Positions 48,811-59,121 of a stretch of 63,451 nucleotides of DNA are shown here, piece after piece (the stretch's first letter is position 1; the number at the start of each line of letters is the position of its first letter). Source of the DNA: Christensenellales bacterium. GTDB taxonomy: Bacteria > Bacillota > Clostridia > Christensenellales > DTU072. Where the stretch lies: contig JBMNTS010000006.1 of assembly GCA_050945855.1 (NCBI GenBank), forward strand, positions 1 through 63,451, in the 5' to 3' direction. A model generated the notes under the pieces. The model was not told the DNA's origin, made no database searches, and saw nothing but the letters and a program-made list of their open reading frames with translations. Made by a program: the position numbers and the translations under genes.

Positions 48811-51088
48811 AATCGACCTTGTCCTTTATAGCCCGCAAGTAAAGGGTAGAATTTTCCAAACTAACCTTTTGCCCGCTAAAGTAAATAATATCATTTTTAT
48901 CCGTATATATCAACGATAATTCCTTAAAAATATTGTATATAAGCGAAAAATCGGATATAGTCAACTGTTTTTTTAATTCGCTGTTCTCGTATAAAGCGAT
49001 AACATTATCCTCTTTGCCTGCAAGCGCGTTTTTCATCAGCAGGTAATATTCCCTTAGCTTGGGCACGTCCAAAGAAGTGTTAATAACGGGGAGCATTGCG
49101 CCCGGCTCGTATTCGGGTCTGCCGTAACTTTGCAAGACCGCCTCGGCAAAATTTTCGGGCAAAACATCCGCGAAAGTAATGCGCCCGTAATAGCTGAAAT
49201 CGCAATTTCTATCGGGGGACAGCAATATCGCGTTTACGGGATTTAGGGTTGATAACGTATATATCTCTTTTTCGTAATCCGGGTATCTGTCGCGCGCGGA
49301 TATGTAGGCGCTTTTGGTATAGGCTATCACAAGATGGCCGTAGCGTGCCTGCGGGGCTTTTCTGCCGCCTCTATATGTAAAACCTTTGGCGTTATACAAA
49401 TCAAAATAGCGCGCCGTCAGCAAGTCGTCGGGAGGAAGAAAGGCAGGTCTGGCATTCTTTATTATCCCTTTTACCGAAGCCTTATTTTTGAAATAATCCA
49501 TTTCGATATTATATAACAAATCCGCTCCGCGGTTTAAGCCGTCTTTTAAGTCCAGCATATTAAAGCCGATAAAATTAATATTTGATGAGCGGGAAGTTAT
49601 ATGGTTATGGCGGCGCATCTTACCGAATGTGCCGTCTTTATACCGCGACAGAAAAACGGGACGGGGATTGCCCTGCCCGAAGGGACGCATCTGCTCTAGT
49701 TCCTTTGCCAGTTGAAAATCAATATCCTTTAAGTCCAAAAAGTAATCGTATGTCAAATCCGCTTTGTAAAATTCCGCGCCACTTTCCTTAAAATATTGAT
49801 TTAGCGCCTTTATCAACAGCGGCAGATTTTTTGCCTCCAAGGTCGCGCCCGCCGCCATACTATGCCCGCCAAAGGAAATTAATATATCCTTTGCGCTTTT
49901 TAGCGCCTCATAAATATTGGCGCCGTTTACGCTTCTCGCGGAGCCTTTAAGCACTCCGTCCTTATGCGTAAACAATATAGCGGGTCTGTTAAATTCCTCG
50001 CAGATTTTTGCCGCCACTATCCCCGCTACTCCCGCGTCCCAGCGCTTATCCTCAAGGCAAATAGCCCCTCCTATAAAAAGGTCGTAGTCTAACAGCTTTT
50101 CTTTGGCTTCCCTAAAAATCTTTGCGCATAACTCCTGCCGCTCGGCGTTGGAAGCTTCCAGCTCCCCCGCTATTAAGGCAAGTTCCGTTCTATCCTCGCC
50201 CGTAAGCAAAACAAAGGCGTTGTACGCGCTGTCTATGCGCCCTGCGGCGTTAAGGCGGGGAGCAATCTTAAACGCAATATCATAGCAGGATATCTCTTTG
50301 GCAAGCCCTATTTTATCCGCCAATATCTTCAAGCCCGGTCTTATCCTGCCCTCGGAAAATCTTTTAAGACCGTAGGAAGCTATTATTCTGTTGTCGCCTG
50401 TAAGCGGCACCATATCCGCTACGGTAGAAACGGCGCAGATATCCAGATACTCCGCAGCCCGCTCTTTTCCGTAAAGCGCCCAGGCCAGCATAAAGGCAAC
50501 GCCCGCCCCGCATAGGGGTGGGTAATCTTTTGTCAAATGAGGATTGATACAAATTGTATTCGGGAGTATGCTTTGCGGTTCGTGATGGTCGGTTACGATA
50601 ACATCAACGCCCAGTTTTTCTTTGGCGAAAGCCACTTCCTCCATTGAAGTAATGCCGCAATCTACCGTTATTATCAAATCTGGATTGTATTCTTTCTTTA
50701 TCTGCTCCAACGCGCTTATATTCAGCCCGTATCCTTCGATTTTTCTGTTGGGGATATAGCATCCGGCGGTTGTCCCCATACTTTTAAGCGTCAGAAAAAG
50801 AATGGCGGCCGCCCCTATTCCGTCAGCGTCATAGTCAGCGTATATCATTATCCTGCCTTTACGGGCAAGCACGGCGTTTATTTTGTCCGCGGCTTCCCTG
50901 ATGCCGGAAAGTAAAAAGGGGGAAGTCAAATCGTCAAGGCTGCAGGAAAAAAACTTTTCCACCTTTGCGGGCGTGTCGATGCCTCTTGCCAGCAGCAAAA
51001 ATGCGGTAATCCTATTAATATTACATTGAGCGGCAAGCAAATCCGCCTGCCGGGAATCAATTTGGCATCTTAAAACATATTCAGACAT
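48779..51088 (-). CDS. recJ: ssDNA-specific exonuclease RecJ
   Basis: DYDADG, R..EGYG, TVDCG, TDHH, PRLNAAGR, GSARS, GGHSMAAG, PFGQGN. Start 51088 or 51109; neither has an SD. Confidence 0.94.
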   Translation of the reverse strand: MSEYVLRCQIDSRQADLLAAQCNINRITAFLLLARGIDTPAKVEKFFSCSLDDLTSPFLLSGIREAADKINAVLARKGRIMIYADYDADGIGAAAILFLTLKSMGTTAGCYIPNRKIEGYGLNISALEQIKKEYNPDLIITVDCGITSMEEVAFAKEKLGVDVIVTDHHEPQSILPNTICINPHLTKDYPPLCGAGVAFMLAWALYGKERAAEYLDICAVSTVADMVPLTGDNRIIASYGLKRFSEGRIRPGLKILADKIGLAKEISCYDIAFKIAPRLNAAGRIDSAYNAFVLLTGEDRTELALIAGELEASNAERQELCAKIFREAKEKLLDYDLFIGGAICLEDKRWDAGVAGIVAAKICEEFNRPAILFTHKDGVLKGSARSVNGANIYEALKSAKDILISFGGHSMAAGATLEAKNLPLLIKALNQYFKESGAEFYKADLTYDYFLDLKDIDFQLAKELEQMRPFGQGNPRPVFLSRYKDGTFGKMRRHNHITSRSSNINFIGFNMLDLKDGLNRGADLLYNIEMDYFKNKASVKGIIKNARPAFLPPDDLLTARYFDLYNAKGFTYRGGRKAPQARYGHLVIAYTKSAYISARDRYPDYEKEIYTLSTLNPVNAILLSPDRNCDFSYYGRITFADVLPENFAEAVLQSYGRPEYEPGAMLPVINTSLDVPKLREYYLLMKNALAGKEDNVIALYENSELKKQLTISDFSLIYNIFKELSLIYTDKNDIIYFSGQKVSLENSTLYLRAIKDKVDYAEAACAGKE
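48885..48913 (-). promoter_or_regulatory. Internal SigA-type promoter for rel inside recJ
   Basis: TTGATA-17 bp-TATTAT with extended TG, about 75 nt upstream of the rel ATG. Confidence 0.6.
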
Positions 51089-51094
51089 CTTATT

Positions 51095-51126
51095 AAAAAT
51101 AAAGCCCATAGTGTTATGGGCTTTTT
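51095..51126 (-). terminator. Intrinsic (bidirectional-looking) terminator after secF
   Basis: AAAGCCCATA-ACAC-TATGGGCTTT followed by ATTTTT. Confidence 0.7.
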
Positions 51127-51128
51127 GC

Positions 51129-52214
51129 TTAGCTTCTCGCCTTAGCCGTTTTAGCTTTTTTCAGAAAGCTAAAACTGAGTATCCTCTTCCAATTTTTGAA
51201 GTTATTCATTTTTTCTATTTGAAACAGTCCCCATAATGAAGGAGCGATAAAAGTCGCGGTATAAACACCTGCCAGCAATCCGAATATAATAGGCAAAGCA
51301 AATTCCTTAATTGCGGCAACGCCTAAAACAGCAAGCAGCACCAACGTAAAAAGCGTTGTGACAGTCGTATAAAGGGAACGGGTAAAGGTGGAAACTACAG
51401 AAATGTTGATGATTTCTCCGGGATTCATCTTTTTGTTGCTCGCCTTATACGGAGCGACGTTATCTCTGATTCTGTCAAAGACTATTATACAGTTATTTAT
51501 TGCGTAGCCTACTATGGTTATCAAACAGGCAATAAAGGTGCTGTTAATCTGCAACCTGCAAGCTATTGTAAGAGCGGTCATAAGCACTAAATCAATAATA
51601 AGAGCGGTAATTGTGGCTATGCCGCTGAACAGGTCGAACCTTACCGCGATGTAGATAAGTATCAGCACAACGGAAATGGTCACGGAAAGCACGGCGGTCT
51701 TAATCAGCCTGTCGCTGGCGGTAGCGCCGGTAAGGCTTGCCGTGGCTTTTACCTCTATATCGTTACCGTATTCCTGTTTGAATTTATTTTCGACCTCGTT
51801 TCTGATTTCACCGTTGAGATTGTTCATTGCGACCGTCTTTTCATTGGTATTCCAATCCTCGCCGTTTACAATGTTGGTATATCTGACGATTATCGCATAA
51901 TCGCCGCTCCTCTGGTCCACGCTGGCTTTAAGCCCTTTGCTCTCCAGTATTTCTTTAATAAACGCCAGGTTCTTGTCGTAATTATCCCTGTTCATATCCG
52001 CGCCCTGCATTTCCACGTTGAGCACGGTGCCGCCCTGAAAATCTATACCTATATTGGCAAAGCCCGAATAGCGGGGACTGATTTGATAAAAAGTCCCTAA
52101 AGCAAGGCAGATAAACAACAATACAAGAGGTATAAAGAACCAAGTTTTGTAATGCTCAAAGACCTTTATCTCTTTTCCGCGATAATCCAACTTCTTAATT
52201 AAATCCTTAAGCAT
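51129..52214 (-). CDS. secF: Protein translocase subunit SecF
   Basis: GIDFQGG, YIAVRF, GYAINNCIIVFDRIR, RSLYT, EFALP. Confidence 0.93.
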   Translation of the reverse strand: MLKDLIKKLDYRGKEIKVFEHYKTWFFIPLVLLFICLALGTFYQISPRYSGFANIGIDFQGGTVLNVEMQGADMNRDNYDKNLAFIKEILESKGLKASVDQRSGDYAIIVRYTNIVNGEDWNTNEKTVAMNNLNGEIRNEVENKFKQEYGNDIEVKATASLTGATASDRLIKTAVLSVTISVVLILIYIAVRFDLFSGIATITALIIDLVLMTALTIACRLQINSTFIACLITIVGYAINNCIIVFDRIRDNVAPYKASNKKMNPGEIINISVVSTFTRSLYTTVTTLFTLVLLAVLGVAAIKEFALPIIFGLLAGVYTATFIAPSLWGLFQIEKMNNFKNWKRILSFSFLKKAKTAKARS

Positions 52215-53490
52215 ATTTCTTTACCTCCTTGAAAGAAAGCCCGTAAAATTTTTCCTCGGGTTGCAGGGAAAGAAAAGCATTTAAGAATACTCTCGTTACA
52301 TATAATGAGGTAAACATTGATACAAGGATACCGATAAATAATGTAATCGCAAAACTCTTAATAGCCGAAGCGCCTACGAACATCATAACCAATGCGCCCA
52401 TAATTGTTGTAATATTGGAATCGAGAATTGCCACCAGCGCCTTTTTGAAACCTGCGTTTATTGCGGAATTTACAGTGCGCTTGCCCGTTTTCATTTCTTC
52501 CTTTATTCTCTCGAACACGACAACGTTGGCGTCAACCGCCATACCTATACTTAAGATAATACCCGCGATGCCCGGCAGAGTGAGCTGTACCCACGGCACT
52601 ATGGCAAGCAGGATAACCATAAGCTCTGTATATATCAGCAGAGCCAGCGAAGCGCACAGACCCAGCCCCCTGTATATAGCTATCATAAACAGCATTACCA
52701 AAACTATGCCAACAGCACCCGCTATTATGCTGTACTTCAACGCTTCCGAACCCAGTGTGGGCGAAATCGTTTCGGAGTTTACCAAGGTAAGCTTGACACC
52801 CAGCGCGCCCGAATTTATTTTTGTGGCATACTCTTCCGCTTGTTCAGCCGAATATTTGCCTTCAATAATTGCCTCGCCGTTGCTGATGACCGAATTTACA
52901 ACGGGGGACATAATTTCATTATCGTCAATATATATGCTTATTGTCTTGTTGAGATTGGCTTCGGTAGCTTCTGCAAACGCTTCCGTCCCCGCTTTGTTGA
53001 ATTTAAGCGCAATTACGTTCTTGCCTTCGTTGATGGACGCTATCGCTCTGTCAAGGTGCTTGTTGCCCTCTATCAATACGTTGCCTTCCTCATCCTTAAA
53101 TTCCAGCTTGGCGGGCTTGCCGATAAGTGCCATCAGAGCTTCGGTATCCTCTACCGAAGGCACTTCCACCCTTATGCCGTCGCTGCCTACTTTAGTCACC
53201 ACCGCTTCGGTATAACCTTTGGAAAACAGAAGGCCGGAGAGGTTGCTCATAGCGCCGTTGAGTGCGCCGGCAGGGTCTTCTATGCCTTTTAAGTCCGCTA
53301 TATACTCCGCGTACATGCCGCCTTCAAGGTCAAGACCTAACTTAATGCTTTTGCTTGCCCAATAAAAATCATAATTGGATTTGCCAATAGGAAAACTGTC
53401 TTTACCGTTAAGGGGGATTGTTATCAGTGCGGCTAAAATTATAATTACCGTAATGCAAGCCAATAATATAATCGCTTTCTTTTTGCTCAC
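52207..53490 (-). CDS. secD: Protein translocase subunit SecD
   Basis: KLGLDLEGG, IRVEVP, PTLG, LTLPGIAG..LSIGMAVDANVVVFERIKEE, DSNITT. GTG start. Confidence 0.95.
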   Translation of the reverse strand: MSKKKAIILLACITVIIILAALITIPLNGKDSFPIGKSNYDFYWASKSIKLGLDLEGGMYAEYIADLKGIEDPAGALNGAMSNLSGLLFSKGYTEAVVTKVGSDGIRVEVPSVEDTEALMALIGKPAKLEFKDEEGNVLIEGNKHLDRAIASINEGKNVIALKFNKAGTEAFAEATEANLNKTISIYIDDNEIMSPVVNSVISNGEAIIEGKYSAEQAEEYATKINSGALGVKLTLVNSETISPTLGSEALKYSIIAGAVGIVLVMLFMIAIYRGLGLCASLALLIYTELMVILLAIVPWVQLTLPGIAGIILSIGMAVDANVVVFERIKEEMKTGKRTVNSAINAGFKKALVAILDSNITTIMGALVMMFVGASAIKSFAITLFIGILVSMFTSLYVTRVFLNAFLSLQPEEKFYGLSFKEVKKYA

Positions 53491-53519
53491 CGGATTGCCT
53501 CCATTCGTTTATCTTTAAT

Positions 53520-53548
53520 ATTATAGCTATTAATAGGTGTTTAGTCAA
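53520..53548 (-). promoter_or_regulatory. SigA-type promoter of secDF
   Basis: TTGACT-17 bp-TATAAT. Confidence 0.8.
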
Positions 53549-53625
53549 TAGAATGAATGGTAATAGCCACAATAAAATTTCTTCCAAAAGTTATTTGATG
53601 TTATACATTATTCTTTTGCAGTAAC

Positions 53626-54879
53626 TCAATCCTTTTTGCCGGGCGGCGCTTTGGAAAACGGGAGGAAATCGTCGTCCTCTCTGTCGGCGCAGGAATACGG
53701 AGTATCCATATTCAGTCCCCTTTGTATTACGCCGTGACCGTATTTTTCTCTCAGCCTGTCAATATTGGATTCCAGAACATTATCCAGGGTACTGTCATGC
53801 TGAAAAATGGATAACTGGCAGGCCTCGTCCGCGGATACCAGCGCGAAAACCGTTACCGTTATCGTTCTGAGCGGAGGCTTAAGGTCAAAATCATAATGCC
53901 TTGCCAATATCTCAATCGCCTTTTCGGCAATCTCCGAAGAAGTCCTTATGGGGGAAAGCAAGCTTTCCTGACGGGTGATGGTCTTTAGCTTATTGTCCCG
54001 CAAACTGACAGCCACACCGCCGGCGGATACCTTTAGCCGGCGTAGTCTTGAGGCTATCGTTTCCGAAAGCGCGTAAATCAGTCTTGCGGCGTCTTTTGGG
54101 GTAGTGATGTCCTGCGGGGTGGTGGCGCCGTTGCCCACGCTGTCCGGCACATGCACGTCGTCGTAGCGTTTGACAGGCTCGTTATCCAGTCCCCACGCGT
54201 ATTCATAAAACCTTGCGCCCGTTTTCCCAAACAGTCTTTCCAAATCCTTTTTGTCGCAGGCTGCTATATCCCCGATAGTATTTATATTGTATCCGGCAAG
54301 GGATTGCGCCGTGTGTCTGCCGATGTAAATCATGGACTGGGCGGGCAAGGGCCAGACTATGCTTTTGAAATTGTCTTTGCTTATCAGCGTCACCGCGTCC
54401 GGCTTTTTAATATCGCTGCCCAGCTTGGCAAATATTTTATTAAAAGACACGCCTATGGATACGGTCAGTCCCGTTTCCTTTCTGATATCCTCCCTTAATC
54501 TGTTCGCCACTTTCAACCCGTCTCCGAAAAGCAGGACGCTTGAAGTGGTATCCAGCCAGCATTCGTCCTGCCCGAAACTCTCCACAAGGTCGGTATAGCG
54601 GATATAAATATCAAAAACGGCTCTGCTGTATTCCGCGTATTTTTTATAAGTGGGCGGAACAAAAATAATGTCGGGGCATTTCTTCTTTGCCTGCCACAAT
54701 GCTTCCCCTGTTTTTACGCCGTAAGCCTTTGCCTGCTCGTTTTTGGCAAGCACTATGCCGTGCCGCTTTTCGGGGTCGCCCGCTACCGCCATGCATTTGC
54801 CTTTATATTCGGGATGTAAAAGGGTTTCCACCGAAGCGTAAAAATTGTTTATATCCGAATGTAATATTATCCTATCCAT
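53626..54879 (-). CDS. dinB: Y-family DNA polymerase IV (DinB)
   Basis: HSDINNFYASVE, AK..GVKTG, FGQDE, NKIFAKLGSD.KKP, clamp-binding motif QLSIF. Confidence 0.92.
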   Translation of the reverse strand: MDRIILHSDINNFYASVETLLHPEYKGKCMAVAGDPEKRHGIVLAKNEQAKAYGVKTGEALWQAKKKCPDIIFVPPTYKKYAEYSRAVFDIYIRYTDLVESFGQDECWLDTTSSVLLFGDGLKVANRLREDIRKETGLTVSIGVSFNKIFAKLGSDIKKPDAVTLISKDNFKSIVWPLPAQSMIYIGRHTAQSLAGYNINTIGDIAACDKKDLERLFGKTGARFYEYAWGLDNEPVKRYDDVHVPDSVGNGATTPQDITTPKDAARLIYALSETIASRLRRLKVSAGGVAVSLRDNKLKTITRQESLLSPIRTSSEIAEKAIEILARHYDFDLKPPLRTITVTVFALVSADEACQLSIFQHDSTLDNVLESNIDRLREKYGHGVIQRGLNMDTPYSCADREDDDFLPFSKAPPGKKD

Positions 54880-55444
54880 TTAAAAGATTGGAATACAACT
54901 CCTTTACCTGATTAAACAAATTTTCATTGTCGCCGTCGTTGATAATAATATCGGTGGCGTATTTTTCTCTTGTTGTATCCTGCTCCTGCAACGACATTAT
55001 GCGCTTTGCCATGCTTTCGCTTATCTTGCTGCGGGATTGTATGCGCTCCAGTCTAAGCTGCATATCCGCCTTAACAAGCCATACCTTATCGAATTGCTTT
55101 TGCATATTGCTCTCGATGAGCAAGGGCACTTCCACAAAAACCATGCCTTGCGCCTCTTTTGCCCGTTGCAAAATACGCTCGTTGATAAGCGGATGCGCCA
55201 GTTCGTTCAACTTGCGCATAGCCTCCCTGTCAAAAAAGACCGTATCCGCAAGTTTTGCCTTATCAATAGTGCCTTCCCGTACCGCATCGGGGAATAAGGC
55301 TCTTATTTTTTCTATGTAAAAATCCTGCCCCATCAATTCCTTATTGATTTCGTCGGCATTGATAATATTGCCCCCAAGGGAGGCTACCATTTGCAGCACC
55401 GTCGATTTACCGCTGCCTATTCCGCCCGTAATGGCTATCAGCAC
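54872..55444 (-). CDS. coaE: Dephospho-CoA kinase
   Basis: ITGGIGSGKST, LA..VF, HPLI, EVPLLIE. GTG start. Confidence 0.95.
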   Translation of the reverse strand: MLIAITGGIGSGKSTVLQMVASLGGNIINADEINKELMGQDFYIEKIRALFPDAVREGTIDKAKLADTVFFDREAMRKLNELAHPLINERILQRAKEAQGMVFVEVPLLIESNMQKQFDKVWLVKADMQLRLERIQSRSKISESMAKRIMSLQEQDTTREKYATDIIINDGDNENLFNQVKELYSNLLNG

Positions 55445-55472
55445 TTTTTTCTCTCCTTTGCGCTAAGGGCTT

Positions 55473-58025
55473 TTAGTTAGCTTCAAACCAGTTTTTGCCG
55501 CTGTGCACTTCCACGTCCAGAGGCACGCTGAGATTTACCGCGTTTTTCATTTCATAGCTTAATATCTCGCTCACCCTTTCCCTTTCCTCCTCCGGACAAT
55601 CCACGATAAGCTCGTCGTGCACCTGCAGGATTATCTTTGCTTTGAGCTTTTCGGTGGCAAGACGGGCGTGCAGGCGCAGCATGGCAATCTTGATTATATC
55701 CGAAGCACTGCCTTGCAGAGGCATATTCATTGCCGCTCTTTCCCCGAAAGCGCGCGTATTATAATTTTTGGACTTAAGCTCGGGGAAAAACCTGATTCTG
55801 CCCTTAATGGTGCGCACATACCCCTTTTCCTTTGCTTCTTCCACGTTGTTTTGCATATATCCCTTTACGGCGGGATATGTGGCAAAGTAACGCTCCTGAA
55901 ATACCTTTGCGCCCGCCCTGGAAATATTAAGGGCGCGGGCAAGCCCGAAATCGCTCATACCGTATATTATGCCGAAGTTTATTTCCTTAGCCGCTCTGCG
56001 CATATCCCCGGTCACGTCCTCCAGTCTTACGCCCGCCACTTTGGATGCGGTAAGGCGGTGAATATCTATGCCGTTACGGTAGGCGTATAATAAATTTTCG
56101 TCGCCCGAAAGATGCGCCAAAAGCCTTAACTCGATTTGTGAATAATCGGCGGAAATCAGCACGCAGCCCGGGCTTGCGATAAACATTTTACGCAGATTTC
56201 TTCCCTCTTCTCTTCTGGTGGGGATATTTTGCAGATTGGGCTCTACCGAGCTTAGTCTGCCCGTAGCGGTAAGGCACTGCTTAAACTTGGTGTGCAGCCT
56301 GCCCGTATTTTTGTTTATCAAACTGTAAAGTCCGTCTATATACACCGATTTCAGTTTAACTATTTCGCGGTGCCTTAGCAGCAGTTCGATAATCGGATGC
56401 TCTAATTGCTCTAAGGTTTCCGCGGTCAGGGTATACCCGGTTTTGTTTTTTTTGCTTTTGGGCAAACCCAGTTTTTCAAAAAGGATAACGCCCAATTGCC
56501 GGTTGGAATTGATATTAAACTGCTCGCCCGCAATATCGTATATCTTTTGCACAATAGAGGCAAGTTCGTTCTCATATTGCGCGGACAACTCCTTCAGCAT
56601 AGCTATATCCATATTAAAGCCCTGCCGCTCAATGTCATACAATACGTCGATAAGAGGCAATTCGATATTGTAATACAATTCCCCAAGCGAATACTGCTTA
56701 ACCAATCCGTCCAGCATATCGTTTAATCGCAGCATGCCCGCGCAGGGATAATCAGGACTAAGCTGATATTCCGCCAGCAAATCAACCAAATTCTTATAAG
56801 TCTTGGTGGAATTGACCAGATACGCTTTAAGCAAAACATCTTCCGTCCCCTGCTGATTGAAAACAAATTCGCAATCCTTTTCCCGGGCAAAATAATACAT
56901 TTCCTTTATATCGAAAAAGACCTTTTTGCAGTCCGAATCCAGCAATGGGCGTAAGCAATCCATTATCTGCTCAAAATCGCACCCGTTATCAAAAATGCCT
57001 TGCGCGCACCGCATGCTGTATTCCGCCTCATCGTTAAACGCAAAGTTGATTCTTTCCCCAAAACTTACGGCAAAGCGCTTGCTTGCTTTATGCCTCGCGA
57101 TAATCTCCCGCAATATCTCGACGGAAGGAATCTCTATTGCCTTAACGATAATTTCTTCCCTTTCGGGAGCGGACGAAGCTCCGAACTCAAACCGCTCGAT
57201 AAGGCTTTTGAATCCCAGCGCCTGCATATTTTCCAGCGCTTTTTCGTTTAGCACGGGATAAAAGCTCAAATCAACCATTGAGCATTCAAGCGGAACGGAG
57301 GTATCTATTGTGGCAAGTCTTTTTGACAACAGCACCAGGTCTTTGGACGCTAGCAGCTTTTGCTGAAGCGAGCCTTTTACTTGCTCGATATTGCGATAAA
57401 TTGTTTCAATATCCTTATAATCGGCAAGCAACTTACGCGCGCTTACGTCCCCTATACCCTGCGCGCCCGGGATATTGTCCGATTTATCCCCCGCTATAGC
57501 TTTATATTCTATTATTTGAGCGGGCGTAAGCCCTTCCTCCGCCATAGCCTGCAAATCGTATTTTTTTACATTGGTCACTCCGCGTAAAGTATAATAAACG
57601 GCGGTAGTGTAGTCAACAAGCTGCAAACAGTCCCTGTCGCCCGTCAATATTATCGTAGGGACGGCAAACCTTTTCGCTATAGTGCCTATAATATCGTCCG
57701 CTTCATATCCTTCCTTGCTCAAAATCTTTATGCCCATATCTTGGAGCAGTCGGGATATCAAGGGCAGTTGGGCTACCAACTCCTCCGGCATAGGCTTGCG
57801 GGTGGCTTTGTATTCGGGATACTCCATTTGCCTTTTAATTTTGCCTTTATGGTCAAAAACCGCGGCGATATGAGTAGGCTTTTCCTCTTTAATCAGTCTT
57901 GCAAGCATAGAAATAAAGCCGTAAACGGCGGCTGTGGGCTGCCCCTGCGCGTTTTCCATATAAGGCAGCGCGTAATACGCCCGATACAACAGGCTGTTGC
58001 TATCCAATAATAAAATCTTAGACAA
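55473..58025 (-). CDS. polA: DNA polymerase I
   Basis: 5'-nuclease motifs (YRAYYA, YKATR, EADD, GDKSDNIPG) and polymerase motifs DYSQIELR, RRAAK.INFG..YG, QVHDEL. TTG start. Confidence 0.98.
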   Translation of the reverse strand: MSKILLLDSNSLLYRAYYALPYMENAQGQPTAAVYGFISMLARLIKEEKPTHIAAVFDHKGKIKRQMEYPEYKATRKPMPEELVAQLPLISRLLQDMGIKILSKEGYEADDIIGTIAKRFAVPTIILTGDRDCLQLVDYTTAVYYTLRGVTNVKKYDLQAMAEEGLTPAQIIEYKAIAGDKSDNIPGAQGIGDVSARKLLADYKDIETIYRNIEQVKGSLQQKLLASKDLVLLSKRLATIDTSVPLECSMVDLSFYPVLNEKALENMQALGFKSLIERFEFGASSAPEREEIIVKAIEIPSVEILREIIARHKASKRFAVSFGERINFAFNDEAEYSMRCAQGIFDNGCDFEQIMDCLRPLLDSDCKKVFFDIKEMYYFAREKDCEFVFNQQGTEDVLLKAYLVNSTKTYKNLVDLLAEYQLSPDYPCAGMLRLNDMLDGLVKQYSLGELYYNIELPLIDVLYDIERQGFNMDIAMLKELSAQYENELASIVQKIYDIAGEQFNINSNRQLGVILFEKLGLPKSKKNKTGYTLTAETLEQLEHPIIELLLRHREIVKLKSVYIDGLYSLINKNTGRLHTKFKQCLTATGRLSSVEPNLQNIPTRREEGRNLRKMFIASPGCVLISADYSQIELRLLAHLSGDENLLYAYRNGIDIHRLTASKVAGVRLEDVTGDMRRAAKEINFGIIYGMSDFGLARALNISRAGAKVFQERYFATYPAVKGYMQNNVEEAKEKGYVRTIKGRIRFFPELKSKNYNTRAFGERAAMNMPLQGSASDIIKIAMLRLHARLATEKLKAKIILQVHDELIVDCPEEERERVSEILSYEMKNAVNLSVPLDVEVHSGKNWFEAN

Positions 58026-58038
58026 TTCTTTTTCCCTT

Positions 58039-59121
58039 TTATTTTAAATTCAGGCTCATGTCCCCTTTCTTTATCCAGCCCAGCTTTCGAAATACTTCGC
58101 AAACAAGCAGGGAAATTACCGCGGGCAAAACAAACATCAGCAGTATTATGCCCCAAATCATAGCGCTTTTGGGAATATCCCCGCTTGCGTCGATTACTCC
58201 CAGCACGCCTACCAGTCCCGAAGTGCCCATGCCCGCGCCCACTCCGCATTTAAGCTTGAACAGCGTGGTAGCCATAGGACCTACTACGGCGCTGGCGATT
58301 ATGGGAGGGATAATTATACGTGGGCTTTTCATTATATTGGGTATCTGAAGCATGGAAGTGCCCAACCCTTGGGCAATAAGCCCCGCAAAACCGTTTTCAC
58401 GATAGCTTTGCACCGCAAAGCCTACCATGTGCGCGGCACAGCCTACCACCGCCGCTCCGCCCGCAAGCAGCAGCGCCTCGCTTTCGGCGTATCCGCCCAT
58501 ATAGATTGCTACCCATATTGCCGCGCTGGAAGTGGGCATCGTTAAAATTATGCCCATCGCGACCGAAATCACAATACCCATTATAAATGGATTCCACACC
58601 ATGGCGGCGGCTATCCATTCGCTTAATTTGGTTACGAAAAGCGCGACGGGAGGGCACAAAAGCCACAATACTACCGCGCTTGTCGCAAAGGCGGTAAGCG
58701 GTATCAGCAAAATGTCAAGCTTGGTCTTGCCGCTTATCAGCAGGCAAATTTCGCAGGATATAAGCGCCGCAAGATAAGCGTTTATGGGATTGCCTATGCC
58801 TACGGTTATCGCGCCCACCCCGTTGCCGTTGGCGCCTAACAGCCCCGCCACCATACAACTGAAAATGGTCAGCTTGTCCGCCTTGAGCGCGTAAGCGATG
58901 CCCGCGCCTATTCCCGCTCCCATCAATACTTTTGCTATGGCGGCAATATTAATCAGAAATTTGGAAATTACGGGGTGAGGAATAACTTTTCCGATTTGCT
59001 CAAAAATGGTGCCCGCAATAAGAGTAGCGAACAACCCCATAGCCATACCGCTGAAAGCGTCTATAAACCACCTTTTTGCAAGCCTCTTTACCGTTGATTT
59101 TGCTTTAACTGACTCTTTCAT
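58039..59121 (-). CDS. PTS EIIC_2 / PfoR-like membrane protein
   Basis: GMAMGLFATLIAG, GKTKLDI, PTSSAA, QGLGTSMLQIPNI, GMGTSGLVG. Confidence 0.8.
   Translation of the reverse strand: MKESVKAKSTVKRLAKRWFIDAFSGMAMGLFATLIAGTIFEQIGKVIPHPVISKFLINIAAIAKVLMGAGIGAGIAYALKADKLTIFSCMVAGLLGANGNGVGAITVGIGNPINAYLAALISCEICLLISGKTKLDILLIPLTAFATSAVVLWLLCPPVALFVTKLSEWIAAAMVWNPFIMGIVISVAMGIILTMPTSSAAIWVAIYMGGYAESEALLLAGGAAVVGCAAHMVGFAVQSYRENGFAGLIAQGLGTSMLQIPNIMKSPRIIIPPIIASAVVGPMATTLFKLKCGVGAGMGTSGLVGVLGVIDASGDIPKSAMIWGIILLMFVLPAVISLLVCEVFRKLGWIKKGDMSLNLK

Noticed and set aside
53590-53615. ATAATGTATA (minus strand) resembling a dif site
   Set aside because: The XerD arm (TTATGTTAAA-like) is missing, and gene orientation does not switch here.
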